The notes under the pieces were generated by a model. It ran no database searches, had not been told where the DNA came from, and was given only the letters and a program-made list of their open reading frames with translations. Shown one piece after another: positions 17,947-26,035 of a stretch of DNA of 64,000 nt. Position 1 is the first letter of the stretch. Every line of letters starts with the position of its first letter. The stretch is taken from contig OZ245838.1 in NCBI GenBank assembly GCA_965228735.1, positions 1,024,001-1,088,000 of the forward strand. The letters run 5' to 3'. The position numbers and the translations under genes were made by a program. Origin of the DNA: Planctomycetota bacterium (GTDB lineage Bacteria; Planctomycetota; UBA1135; UBA2386).

Positions 17947-19776
17947 TCAGTGGCAATGCGGGGTCGACGGGCCGTGACCATGGGCATCGTGCGCGTGGTC
18001 GTCGCGGTCGTGCGGGCCGCAGCCGCCGTGGTCGTGTTCGAGGTTGACCGGCGACTCGAAGAGCCGTTCGAGGAACGGGCGGACGCCCTGGCGCAGCAGG
18101 GCGAGCAGGAACAGACCGCCGAGTGCCGCGAGCGCGATCCACCCGAACGCGCCGTGGTCGTGGCCCTCGCCCTGCAGCGAGCGGATCGCCGCCTCGGGAA
18201 CGAGCCAGTTGGCGACGTACCCGAGGCCGACCGCGCCGATCCACATCGACACCGCGAACGTGACGGCGGCGCGCCCGCCATGGAGCTTGGACACGACCCC
18301 GAACGTCGTGATGTTCGTCGCCGGGCCCGTCAGCAGGAACGCGAGCACGGCACCGGGCGACATGCCGTGGAAGAGCAGCATCGCGGCGAGCGGCGTGCTG
18401 CCGGTCGCGCAGACGTAGATCGGGAGGCCGATCAGGGCCGCGATCGGCACATCGATTCCGGGCGGCAGGCCGGCGATCCACTCGCGGTCGACGTACGGCA
18501 TGAGCAGGGCCGACAACACCAGGCCGGCGAGGATCCAGGTTGCGGTGCTGTCGACCGCGGGGCCGAAGCCGAACCGGACAGCGGTCGCGAGGCGGGTGCC
18601 GAAGCCCCCGGTGACCGCCTCCGGCAGGTCGTGCTCCGCGACGTCCGTCTCGCTCGCGCGACCGCGGAGGAGCGCGTTCACGAGGAGCCCGACGACGAGC
18701 GCGAGGATCGCCGCCATGCCGACACGCAACAGGGCGACGTCGGCCCCCATGAGTTGAAACGTCAGCGTGACGGCCGCGAGCTCGAGTTCGGGAGTCGCGA
18801 CGAGGAACGCGATCGCGGCGGCGATGCTCGCGCCCTGCCGCACGAGTTCGCGGTAGATCGGCACGACGCCGCACGAACAGACCGGCAGCGGCAGCCCGAC
18901 CGCGACGCCGCGCAGCGCCTGCATGATCGCCGGTCCGCGGCTGATGTTGCGCAGCCAGTTCGGCGGCAGGAACGCGTGACAGACGCCGACGAGCAGATAG
19001 GCGAACAGCAGGGCCGGTGCCGACTCCATCGCGAGTCGCAGGAACACCTGACCCGGACCGTGGGGGCCCGCGGGGAAGTGATCGTGAATCACGGCCCACA
19101 GCAGGACTGCGGCGAGCGCGGCGCCGACGACGGAGGCCGGGCGGAAGCGGCCCTGGCCCGGCGGCCCCGGGACGTGCGCATGGAGCACGACGTGGAGGAG
19201 AGAGCCCGCGAGGACGGCCTGCAGCAGCGCGAGACCGCGCTGGGAAGTGTCATCGAGCAGCTCGGTGCCGAGGTAGTGACCGAACAACGTGCCGCCGACC
19301 ACGATCGCGGTGATGAGCACTGCAGCGCCGACGCCGAGCGTTCGCGGCACGATCCACCAGATGCCGATGCCGGCCGGGATGCGGTGCAGGATCACGCCCC
19401 AGGCCGCGACGTCGTGCGTGTGGCGGTGGCCGCCGTGCGAGTGCACGCCGTCCTCGGTCAGGAACAGCCCGTCGAGCGTCGTATGCGCGCCCATCCCGAG
19501 CAGCGCGAGGAGCAGGACGACGGGCTTCACGCCAGGTGTCGCACCATGCAGCGAGCGTTCGGCGAGCGTCGGCACGAGGAAGCCGACGAGGGCGAGCGGC
19601 AGCACGAGCCAGCCAGCCTGGGCCGCGCATTCTGGCAGGATGTGGAGCAGCGCGAAGCCGCTGACCGTCACGAGGGTGAACGCGTCCAGGAGAACGGTCG
19701 ACCAGGGCTTCCGCCGCGCCAGCCACACGAGGAGCGGGCCGACGGCGAGGGCCAGGAAGCTCAGAGCGACGAGCAC
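17947..19776 (-). CDS. metal permease: ZIP-like N-terminal half fused to a DUF318/ArsP-type permease
   Basis: LLHILPE, AHTTLDG, LHRIPAG (ZIP-like); PLPVCSCGVVP, FLVATPEL, PIYVCATGSTP, FLLTGPATN (DUF318); His-rich loops and tail. Confidence 0.75.
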   Translation of the reverse strand: MLVALSFLALAVGPLLVWLARRKPWSTVLLDAFTLVTVSGFALLHILPECAAQAGWLVLPLALVGFLVPTLAERSLHGATPGVKPVVLLLALLGMGAHTTLDGLFLTEDGVHSHGGHRHTHDVAAWGVILHRIPAGIGIWWIVPRTLGVGAAVLITAIVVGGTLFGHYLGTELLDDTSQRGLALLQAVLAGSLLHVVLHAHVPGPPGQGRFRPASVVGAALAAVLLWAVIHDHFPAGPHGPGQVFLRLAMESAPALLFAYLLVGVCHAFLPPNWLRNISRGPAIMQALRGVAVGLPLPVCSCGVVPIYRELVRQGASIAAAIAFLVATPELELAAVTLTFQLMGADVALLRVGMAAILALVVGLLVNALLRGRASETDVAEHDLPEAVTGGFGTRLATAVRFGFGPAVDSTATWILAGLVLSALLMPYVDREWIAGLPPGIDVPIAALIGLPIYVCATGSTPLAAMLLFHGMSPGAVLAFLLTGPATNITTFGVVSKLHGGRAAVTFAVSMWIGAVGLGYVANWLVPEAAIRSLQGEGHDHGAFGWIALAALGGLFLLALLRQGVRPFLERLFESPVNLEHDHGGCGPHDRDDHAHDAHGHGPSTPHCH

Positions 19777-19786
19777 CGACGCGGGT

Positions 19787-20494
19787 TCAGACGGTCAACT
19801 CGTGCCCGCCGTTACCGTTCTCGCGGCTCGCCACGGCCTCGCCGGCAGCGCGCGCGATGTGGTCCCGCACGCTCTTGACCATGCGGGTCGCGCGGGCCTC
19901 GATGGCGTCGAAGCGGCCGGCTGCGATGTCCGCCGGATCGAACAGCGTGCCGACGAAGCCGAGGCCGAACGCGCCGGCAGCGAGCCACTCGTCGGCGTTG
20001 TGCTCGGTCACGCCAGCTGTCGGGTAGATCCGTAGGAACGGCAGCGGGCCGCGCACCGCGCGCAGGAAGTCCGGGCCGTTGGACGGTCCGGGGAAGAGCT
20101 TGACCATGTCGGCGCCGGCGCGGTGGGCCTCCATCATCTCCGTCGGCGTGAACGTTCCCGGCACGGACACCAGGTCGTGCTGCCGGCAGAACGAGATGAT
20201 CTGCGGGTCGGTGACCGGGGAGACGAGGAAGCGCGCGCCCGCGGCCATCGCGGCCTTGGCGTCGTCGATCGTCAGGACCGTGCCAGCACCCAGGACCAGA
20301 TTGGCGTCGCGCTGCAGGTCGCGCAGATGATCGAGCGCACCCGGCGTGTTCAGCGTGACCTCGACGATCCGAAAGCCGCCAGCGATGGCGGCGTCGAGGG
20401 CGGGGCGGACGGCGGTGCTGTTCTGCGTCCGCAAAATCGCCGAGCAGCGCTGCGTGGCGAACGCCTCGAGCACCGCGGTTCGACTTCGTGCCAT
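19787..20494 (-). CDS. eda: KDPG/KHG aldolase
   Basis: AILR, EVTLNTPGA, GAGTVLT, GARFLVSP, PGTFTPTE, VKLFP. Confidence 0.9.
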   Translation of the reverse strand: MARSRTAVLEAFATQRCSAILRTQNSTAVRPALDAAIAGGFRIVEVTLNTPGALDHLRDLQRDANLVLGAGTVLTIDDAKAAMAAGARFLVSPVTDPQIISFCRQHDLVSVPGTFTPTEMMEAHRAGADMVKLFPGPSNGPDFLRAVRGPLPFLRIYPTAGVTEHNADEWLAAGAFGLGFVGTLFDPADIAAGRFDAIEARATRMVKSVRDHIARAAGEAVASRENGNGGHELTV

Positions 20495-20564
20495 GAACGC
20501 GCAGCGTAGACCAGCGGCGCCAGGATTTCGAGTAAGGCCTGCGTGACCCGCGGTTCTCCAGGGC

Positions 20565-21560
20565 ATGACGAGCACGTTCGACGCGATGGTTGGTTCGCTG
20601 ATGGTCCTCGCGGCCATGACAGCGGAAGTTCGATCCCAGTACGACGGCGGGTCCCTGCGGCCGGTGCCGGAGGTCCACGAGCAGATTCTGCGGCAGGAGG
20701 GCCGCTGGCACCTGCCGGTCGCGCTGGCGGCGGGGGATGTCGTCGTGCCGCTCGTCACCGGCGGCGCGGTGCAAGTGATGCACGACGGTCGCGAGCGACC
20801 GGTGCAACCCTGGCTCGGCGCCTACACCGCTGCCGAGGACGGCGCTGGTGACTGGACCTTGATCCTGCAGGGCCAGCCGGGGGCGCTGTGCCGCGTCGAG
20901 CTGCTGCGGTCCCGAGTCGGGGCCCTGGCCGAGAACGGCGGGTTCGATCTCGACATCGGTGCCGAGGACTGCGCCGTGATCCACGCGACGCTCGAGCGCG
21001 GCGCCTACCGCCTCGCGTCGGATCTCGACCGCGACGGGTTGCAGCTCGAGGTGCGGCAGGAACGGGCGACGGGTGAACCGGCGTTCGCCTGGCGTGGTGG
21101 GCTCACCAAGGGCACGCGGGCCCGGCGTTGGCTGTTCGTGGAACGGCCGTGCACGCTCGCCATCGCCGTCCGGAGCGTCGTCGGTCGCAACGCGGCGCTG
21201 CGCGACACCAACCGGCGGGCCGTCGGGGAGCTAGTCGCAGTGGACCGCCCCGTGACGGCGGGCGAGCCGCTGACCGGTGAGCTTCGGCTCGGCGACGGAC
21301 GACTTCATCGAATCAAGCTGCGCGCGGGTGAGCTGGTCCGCGTGCGGGTCATGAGCCAGGAGTTCGACGCGCAGTTCGACCTGTGGGATGTCGATGGTTG
21401 TGTGCACAGCTTCGACGATGCCCGCGCCGACACGCGTGACGCGTCGCACACCTTCCTCGTCGGCAAGTCGGGCTGGCACCACGTCCTGGTCTACTCGCCG
21501 GGCGGCGCGGGCAGCGGCGCGTTCACGCTGCGGGTCGACCGGGCGAGTCTGCCGGAATAG
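20565..21560 (+). CDS. secreted protein with PPC (pre-peptidase C-terminal)-like domains
   Basis: LRAGELVRVRVMSQEFDAQFDLWDVDG...FDD...SGWHHVLVYS...GAFTLRV; earlier degenerate copies. Confidence 0.55.
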   Translation: MTSTFDAMVGSLMVLAAMTAEVRSQYDGGSLRPVPEVHEQILRQEGRWHLPVALAAGDVVVPLVTGGAVQVMHDGRERPVQPWLGAYTAAEDGAGDWTLILQGQPGALCRVELLRSRVGALAENGGFDLDIGAEDCAVIHATLERGAYRLASDLDRDGLQLEVRQERATGEPAFAWRGGLTKGTRARRWLFVERPCTLAIAVRSVVGRNAALRDTNRRAVGELVAVDRPVTAGEPLTGELRLGDGRLHRIKLRAGELVRVRVMSQEFDAQFDLWDVDGCVHSFDDARADTRDASHTFLVGKSGWHHVLVYSPGGAGSGAFTLRVDRASLPE

Positions 21561-21569
21561 CCTGCGGGC

Positions 21570-22568
21570 ATGCTGCGCGGGCTGCTGTCGCTCTCCGTTC
21601 TCGGCCTCGGTGCGGCCTGCATGACGGCCGATCCGCGGGTCGTCGACGTGCTCGCGCGGGTCGATCGGGATCGCATCATGGGCGACGTCGCGGCGCTGTG
21701 TGCGATCGGTCCGCGGCCCGGCAGCGACGAGGAGGCGACGGCGAAGACGCTCGCCTACCTCGAACGGGAGTTGCGCGCGGTCGGACTGCAGCCCGAGCGG
21801 CGGGAGTTCTTCGCCTGGTCGCGGAAGTTCGAGAAGCTGGCGGATGGCAGCTTCGCGATGACCATGGCGGAAGGCACGCACGACAACCTCGTCGTTGTGC
21901 TGCCCGGCGCCGCGGACGGCGGCGTCGTCGTGGAGGCCGGAGCGCACTACGACACCGTGCCGTGGAGTCCCGGCGCCGACGACAACGCGAGCGGCACGGC
22001 CGCGCTGCTGGAGGTCGCGCGCGTACTCGCGCAGCAGCAGACGCAGAAGACGATCCGGCTCGTGTTCTTCGCGCTGGAAGAGGACGGCAAGGTGGGCTCG
22101 CGCGAGTACGTGAAGCAGCTCGTGGCCGCCGAGGACGTGCCCGAGGGCATCCTGTCGCTCGACGCCGTCGGCTTCACGAACAAGGCGCCGGGCTCGCAGG
22201 AGTCACCCGTGCGCGTCCCGTTGGTGTTCTGGCCGCCGAGCGTCGGCGACTTCGTGCTCGTGCTCGGCAACTGGAGCTCGACGTGGCTCGGCGAGTTGCT
22301 CGAGGATTGCATCGACGTCTACGTTCCCGAGCTCGACTACTACGGGGTGAAGCGCATTGGCGGCTGGTTCGAGGACAGCACGCGCGGCGATCACTACGAA
22401 TACTGGCAGCAGGGCATTCCGGCGATCGCCATGAGCGACGTGCCCTACATGCGCGGCGGCCCGTATCACAAGCGCGAGGACCTGCCGGCGACGCTCGACC
22501 CGACGTTCCTGTATCGCAACACCCAGGCGGTCGCTGCGACGCTGCTCGAGTGGGCCGAGCTGCGGTGA
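21570..22568 (+). CDS. M28-family metallopeptidase, probable lipoprotein
   Basis: GAHYDTV, PGADDNASG, FFALEE, GDHYEYW, YH; lipobox-like LGAAC. Confidence 0.88.
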   Translation: MLRGLLSLSVLGLGAACMTADPRVVDVLARVDRDRIMGDVAALCAIGPRPGSDEEATAKTLAYLERELRAVGLQPERREFFAWSRKFEKLADGSFAMTMAEGTHDNLVVVLPGAADGGVVVEAGAHYDTVPWSPGADDNASGTAALLEVARVLAQQQTQKTIRLVFFALEEDGKVGSREYVKQLVAAEDVPEGILSLDAVGFTNKAPGSQESPVRVPLVFWPPSVGDFVLVLGNWSSTWLGELLEDCIDVYVPELDYYGVKRIGGWFEDSTRGDHYEYWQQGIPAIAMSDVPYMRGGPYHKREDLPATLDPTFLYRNTQAVAATLLEWAELR

Positions 22569-22626
22569 GACACGGATAACCGGGTTCGGTACGTTCACGC
22601 GGTTCTTCCTTCACTGCCTCAAGTGT

Positions 22627-22654
22627 CGACCGTCCTAGGTCGATAGGACGGTCG
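22627..22654. promoter_or_regulatory. YtrA-type GntR operator palindrome
   Basis: Perfect 11-bp inverted repeat CGACCGTCCTA-GGTCGA-TAGGACGGTCG abutting the gntR start codon. Confidence 0.7.
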
Positions 22655-23127
22655 TGAGTTACCGCGTCGATCCGCACAGTCCGTTGCCAGCGAGCCGTCA
22701 GCTCGTGGCGAGCGTGCTGGACGAGATCGCGGGTGGTGATCTCGGAGTCGGGGACAAGCTGCCGTCGGTGCGGCGGATGGCCGGGCTCGCGCTCGTGAAC
22801 CCTAACACGGTGACGAAGGCGTATCGCGACCTGGAGCACCTCGGCGTGACCGAGGGGAGGAACGGGTCGGGGGTGTTCGTGACCAGTGGTGGGCCGGACG
22901 TCGCGCGCGGCATTCGGCTCGCGGAGACGTTCGACGCGTTCGTGACCGCGGCCGCCGCGGCGCTGCGCGCGGGCCATTCGGAGGCGGAGCTCAACGCCGT
23001 GGTGACCGATCGACTCGACGAGCTGGCCGAGATCGCGGCGGCGACCCGTGGGGACGGGGAGCCAGGGATCGAGGAGGCCGGGAACAGGGAGACCGGGACA
23101 GGGAAACGGGGAACGGATGATGAATGA
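22654..23127 (+). CDS. GntR-family (YtrA-like) regulator
   Basis: GDKLPSVRRMA...VNPNTVTKAYRDLE..G......GSGVFV; short C-terminus; upstream of ABC genes. Confidence 0.9.
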   Translation: MSYRVDPHSPLPASRQLVASVLDEIAGGDLGVGDKLPSVRRMAGLALVNPNTVTKAYRDLEHLGVTEGRNGSGVFVTSGGPDVARGIRLAETFDAFVTAAAAALRAGHSEAELNAVVTDRLDELAEIAAATRGDGEPGIEEAGNRETGTGKRGTDDE

Positions 23128-23911
23128 CGACGACAAGAACGTGATCGCCGCCAGAGAGCCGATGCTCGCCGTGAGCGGGCTCGACGTGCGGTTCGGCCGC
23201 CGGCGAGTGCTCGATGGGTTGGATCTGGTGCTCGAGAACGGCCAGGTCACCGTGCTGCTCGGGGAAAACGGCGCTGGCAAGAGCACGCTGATGCGCGTGC
23301 TGCTCGGGGTGCTGCGGCCAGCAGCCGGGACGGTGGCGATCTTCGGCCGCGACCCGCTGCGCGAGCACCGCGCGGTGCTCGAGCGCGTCGGCTACGTGCC
23401 GGACGTGCCCGACGTCTACCCGTGGATGAACGCGCGCGATCTGTATCGACTGTTGCAGCGGCAGTATCCGACCTGGAACCCCGAACGCTGTCGCGACCTC
23501 TGCGACCGACTCGACGTGCCGATGCGAACGCGCTTCAAGTCCATGTCACGCGGGCAGGGCATGAAGGCCATGCTCGTCGCGGCCCTCGCGCCCGAGCCGG
23601 ACCTGCTGTTGCTCGACGAACCGTTTGCCGGCCTCGATCCGCTCGTGCGCGAGCAGGTGCTCGAGGGCGTGCTGGACGCGCTGCGCGTCGGCGAACGGAC
23701 GGTGCTGTGCGCAACCCACGAACTCGACGTCGCAGCCCGGATCGCGGACCGCGTCGCGGTGCTCCGGGCCGGTAAGATCGTGCAACACGGCACCCTCGCC
23801 GAAGTGCTCGGTGACGACGAACCGATTCAGGTGCCGAGCGGGCTGCAGCGCGTGCTCGCCGAGGCCGGCGCATCCGAGCAGCCCAACGAGCGCATGGAGG
23901 TCTCGGTATGA
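23117..23911 (+). CDS. ABC transporter ATP-binding protein
   Basis: GENGAGKST, MSRGQ signature, LLLLDEPFAGLDP, ATH. Confidence 0.92.
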   Translation: MMNDDDKNVIAAREPMLAVSGLDVRFGRRRVLDGLDLVLENGQVTVLLGENGAGKSTLMRVLLGVLRPAAGTVAIFGRDPLREHRAVLERVGYVPDVPDVYPWMNARDLYRLLQRQYPTWNPERCRDLCDRLDVPMRTRFKSMSRGQGMKAMLVAALAPEPDLLLLDEPFAGLDPLVREQVLEGVLDALRVGERTVLCATHELDVAARIADRVAVLRAGKIVQHGTLAEVLGDDEPIQVPSGLQRVLAEAGASEQPNERMEVSV

Positions 23912-25851
23912 ACCTCGTGCTCAGCTGGTACTGGAAGGAGTGGCGGGCCCAACGCGGTCTCCTCACTGCCTATCTCGGTCTCGTGTTCGGCTGCATCGCG
24001 CTCGGTCTCTGGCTGATGCCGCGGCACTACTGGCTCGCAGAAGAGTTCGGGGTGCACGCCGTGTCGTGGTTCGTGCTGGCCGGCGTGATCGGTGTCGTCG
24101 CGTTCGCGACCCCCGGGCTCGTGCGCGGCGAGTTCACGGCGCCGGGGAAGGACGACCAGTTCATCCGCCGATTGCCGGGCGCCCTCTGGCCGGCGTGGCT
24201 CGGGAAGGGGCTGTTCCTGCTGGTGATGACGCTGCTGCTGCCGCTGCTCGGCTTGTCGTTCGGCCTGCTCTACGTGGCGCTGATCGGGGAGTCCTGGGAC
24301 GGGTTCTACAGCTGGCAATGGACGGGTGACGTCGACATCAACTGGCCGTGGCAAAGCGTCGTCTGCGCCGGTGGGCTCCTAACCGTGCCGTGGGTGTGGG
24401 CAGCAGGGACCTGGTTGCCCGGTGGTCGGCTGGCGCTCGGTGGCGCGGCGTTGTTCGTCCTCCTCGTGGGTGTGCTCGTGTTCGCGGTGATGCGACAGAG
24501 CCCGGGGCTCGACGAGGGCGTCGATCCGTTCGTCTGGCTCTGGTGGCTCACGCCGACGGGGCTGATCGTCGCGGCCGTGTCGTTCGCTTGCGGGCGTCGC
24601 GGCGGTGGCCCGCTCCGGTCCCTGCGGGTTGGACTCATGGCGTCGGCCGGCGCGCTCGCGCCGTGCGGAGTGCTGCTGGGAGCCGCAGCGTGGGACTACC
24701 ATCACCCGGACCCCGGCAAGCTCGCGAGCATCCACGTTCGGGCGTTGTCCCCGGATGGTCGCTTCGCTCTCGCTCGCGGTTCGGCGCACCCTGGGTACAT
24801 GCCAGCGCCGTTTCGAATCGACCTCGAAACCGGCGCGGCTACCCAGTTGGCCGGGGTTTGGACCTCGTTCGTTCCGGCGCCGACCCGGCCGTTCTCGATG
24901 TGGGACAGCGGGGTGCGATCCGCATTCCGGGAAGTGCGCGCCGACGGCGACCACTTCCGTGACGTCGCCACGTTCGACCTTGCTACGGGCCAGCGATGGG
25001 CGGCTCCCAGCTACGATGAAGCCACCAAGCGGTGGCTCCTTCCGCCCGAACTGCGTGAGAAGGCGATGGCGGACAGCCGCCGCCTGCTGGGAATCCGAGG
25101 GCCCGATAAGCAGGATGTCTGGTTCGAGGATGGGCAACTCGTAGTCAGCGCGGTCGACGGCACTCGAACGCGTCGAGCATGGCCGCTCACCGGCGGGGTC
25201 CTGCCGGCCGGTCACGGCTTCCGCCAATGGGGGCCCGACGAGCAGCGCCTGTTCCGTTGGAACGGTGATCCGGTCTCGGCCGCGGCGTTCGATCGAGGTT
25301 GGTTGATCGGATCGCAGCTGGTGTTCCAGGTTCAGAACAGTCGACAGCGCGGTGAGGCGCTGGTTTGGCGACAACGCGACCTCACCGGCAACGAAACCCG
25401 CGTCGGGGCGCTGGATGGGTGCCTGGTCTTCGGGCTGCTCGACGACGAGCGATTGCTCTGTGCGCGTCGGTCCGCAACAGGGCGTTGGTCTCTCCGCTGG
25501 TATCGCCCGGATACTGGCGAAAAAGGGACGTTCGCTTTCTCGATCGAGTCGCCTGGCGGGTCCCTCGGGGTGATGTCTCCGTTCGCGGTCGGTTCATCCC
25601 TGCTCCCGCGTGATCCAGGCGGTCGAATCTGGCTCCGGTGTTCGGGTGACGTGCATCGCATCGTGATCATCGACGAGAAGCGTGGCGTCATGCCGAACGT
25701 GATGCCGGCCATCTGGCAGGGAGGCCGCCGCATGAGCCTGCTCGCCTGGCTCGACGAGAATCGCGCACTCGTGACCATCGGGGCGCAGATCCTCGAGATC
25801 GAGGTCGCGACCGGGAAACGGCGAGTCCTCTTCCCACCCGCTGACCGCTGA
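23908..25851 (+). CDS. ABC-2-type permease with large C-terminal soluble domain
   Basis: WKEWR start, about 7 hydrophobic segments, then ALSPDGRF beta-propeller-like region; ATGA-coupled to the ATPase. Confidence 0.65.
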   Translation: MNLVLSWYWKEWRAQRGLLTAYLGLVFGCIALGLWLMPRHYWLAEEFGVHAVSWFVLAGVIGVVAFATPGLVRGEFTAPGKDDQFIRRLPGALWPAWLGKGLFLLVMTLLLPLLGLSFGLLYVALIGESWDGFYSWQWTGDVDINWPWQSVVCAGGLLTVPWVWAAGTWLPGGRLALGGAALFVLLVGVLVFAVMRQSPGLDEGVDPFVWLWWLTPTGLIVAAVSFACGRRGGGPLRSLRVGLMASAGALAPCGVLLGAAAWDYHHPDPGKLASIHVRALSPDGRFALARGSAHPGYMPAPFRIDLETGAATQLAGVWTSFVPAPTRPFSMWDSGVRSAFREVRADGDHFRDVATFDLATGQRWAAPSYDEATKRWLLPPELREKAMADSRRLLGIRGPDKQDVWFEDGQLVVSAVDGTRTRRAWPLTGGVLPAGHGFRQWGPDEQRLFRWNGDPVSAAAFDRGWLIGSQLVFQVQNSRQRGEALVWRQRDLTGNETRVGALDGCLVFGLLDDERLLCARRSATGRWSLRWYRPDTGEKGTFAFSIESPGGSLGVMSPFAVGSSLLPRDPGGRIWLRCSGDVHRIVIIDEKRGVMPNVMPAIWQGGRRMSLLAWLDENRALVTIGAQILEIEVATGKRRVLFPPADR

Positions 25852-26035
25852 CGCGTCGGCCTCCGCGGCGGCGCGCTCGCACCGATGTGGGACGCGCCGT
25901 TGCTGCGGCCGAACCGACAGTGCGACGGGGCTCACCGCGCCGGGCCGGAAGGTGCCCGGCGGGGTGCCAACCGCGCCGGCGACTTTCCTGCGGCATCACC
26001 GAGCCGAGCCGGTAGGCTCCTCGGCCCCTTCGCGC

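Noticed and set aside
23040..23120. G/A-rich short repeats at the gntR 3' end (similar short duplications at about 60517-60555 and 63646-63670)
   Set aside because: Too short and degenerate to distinguish from low-complexity high-GC sequence.
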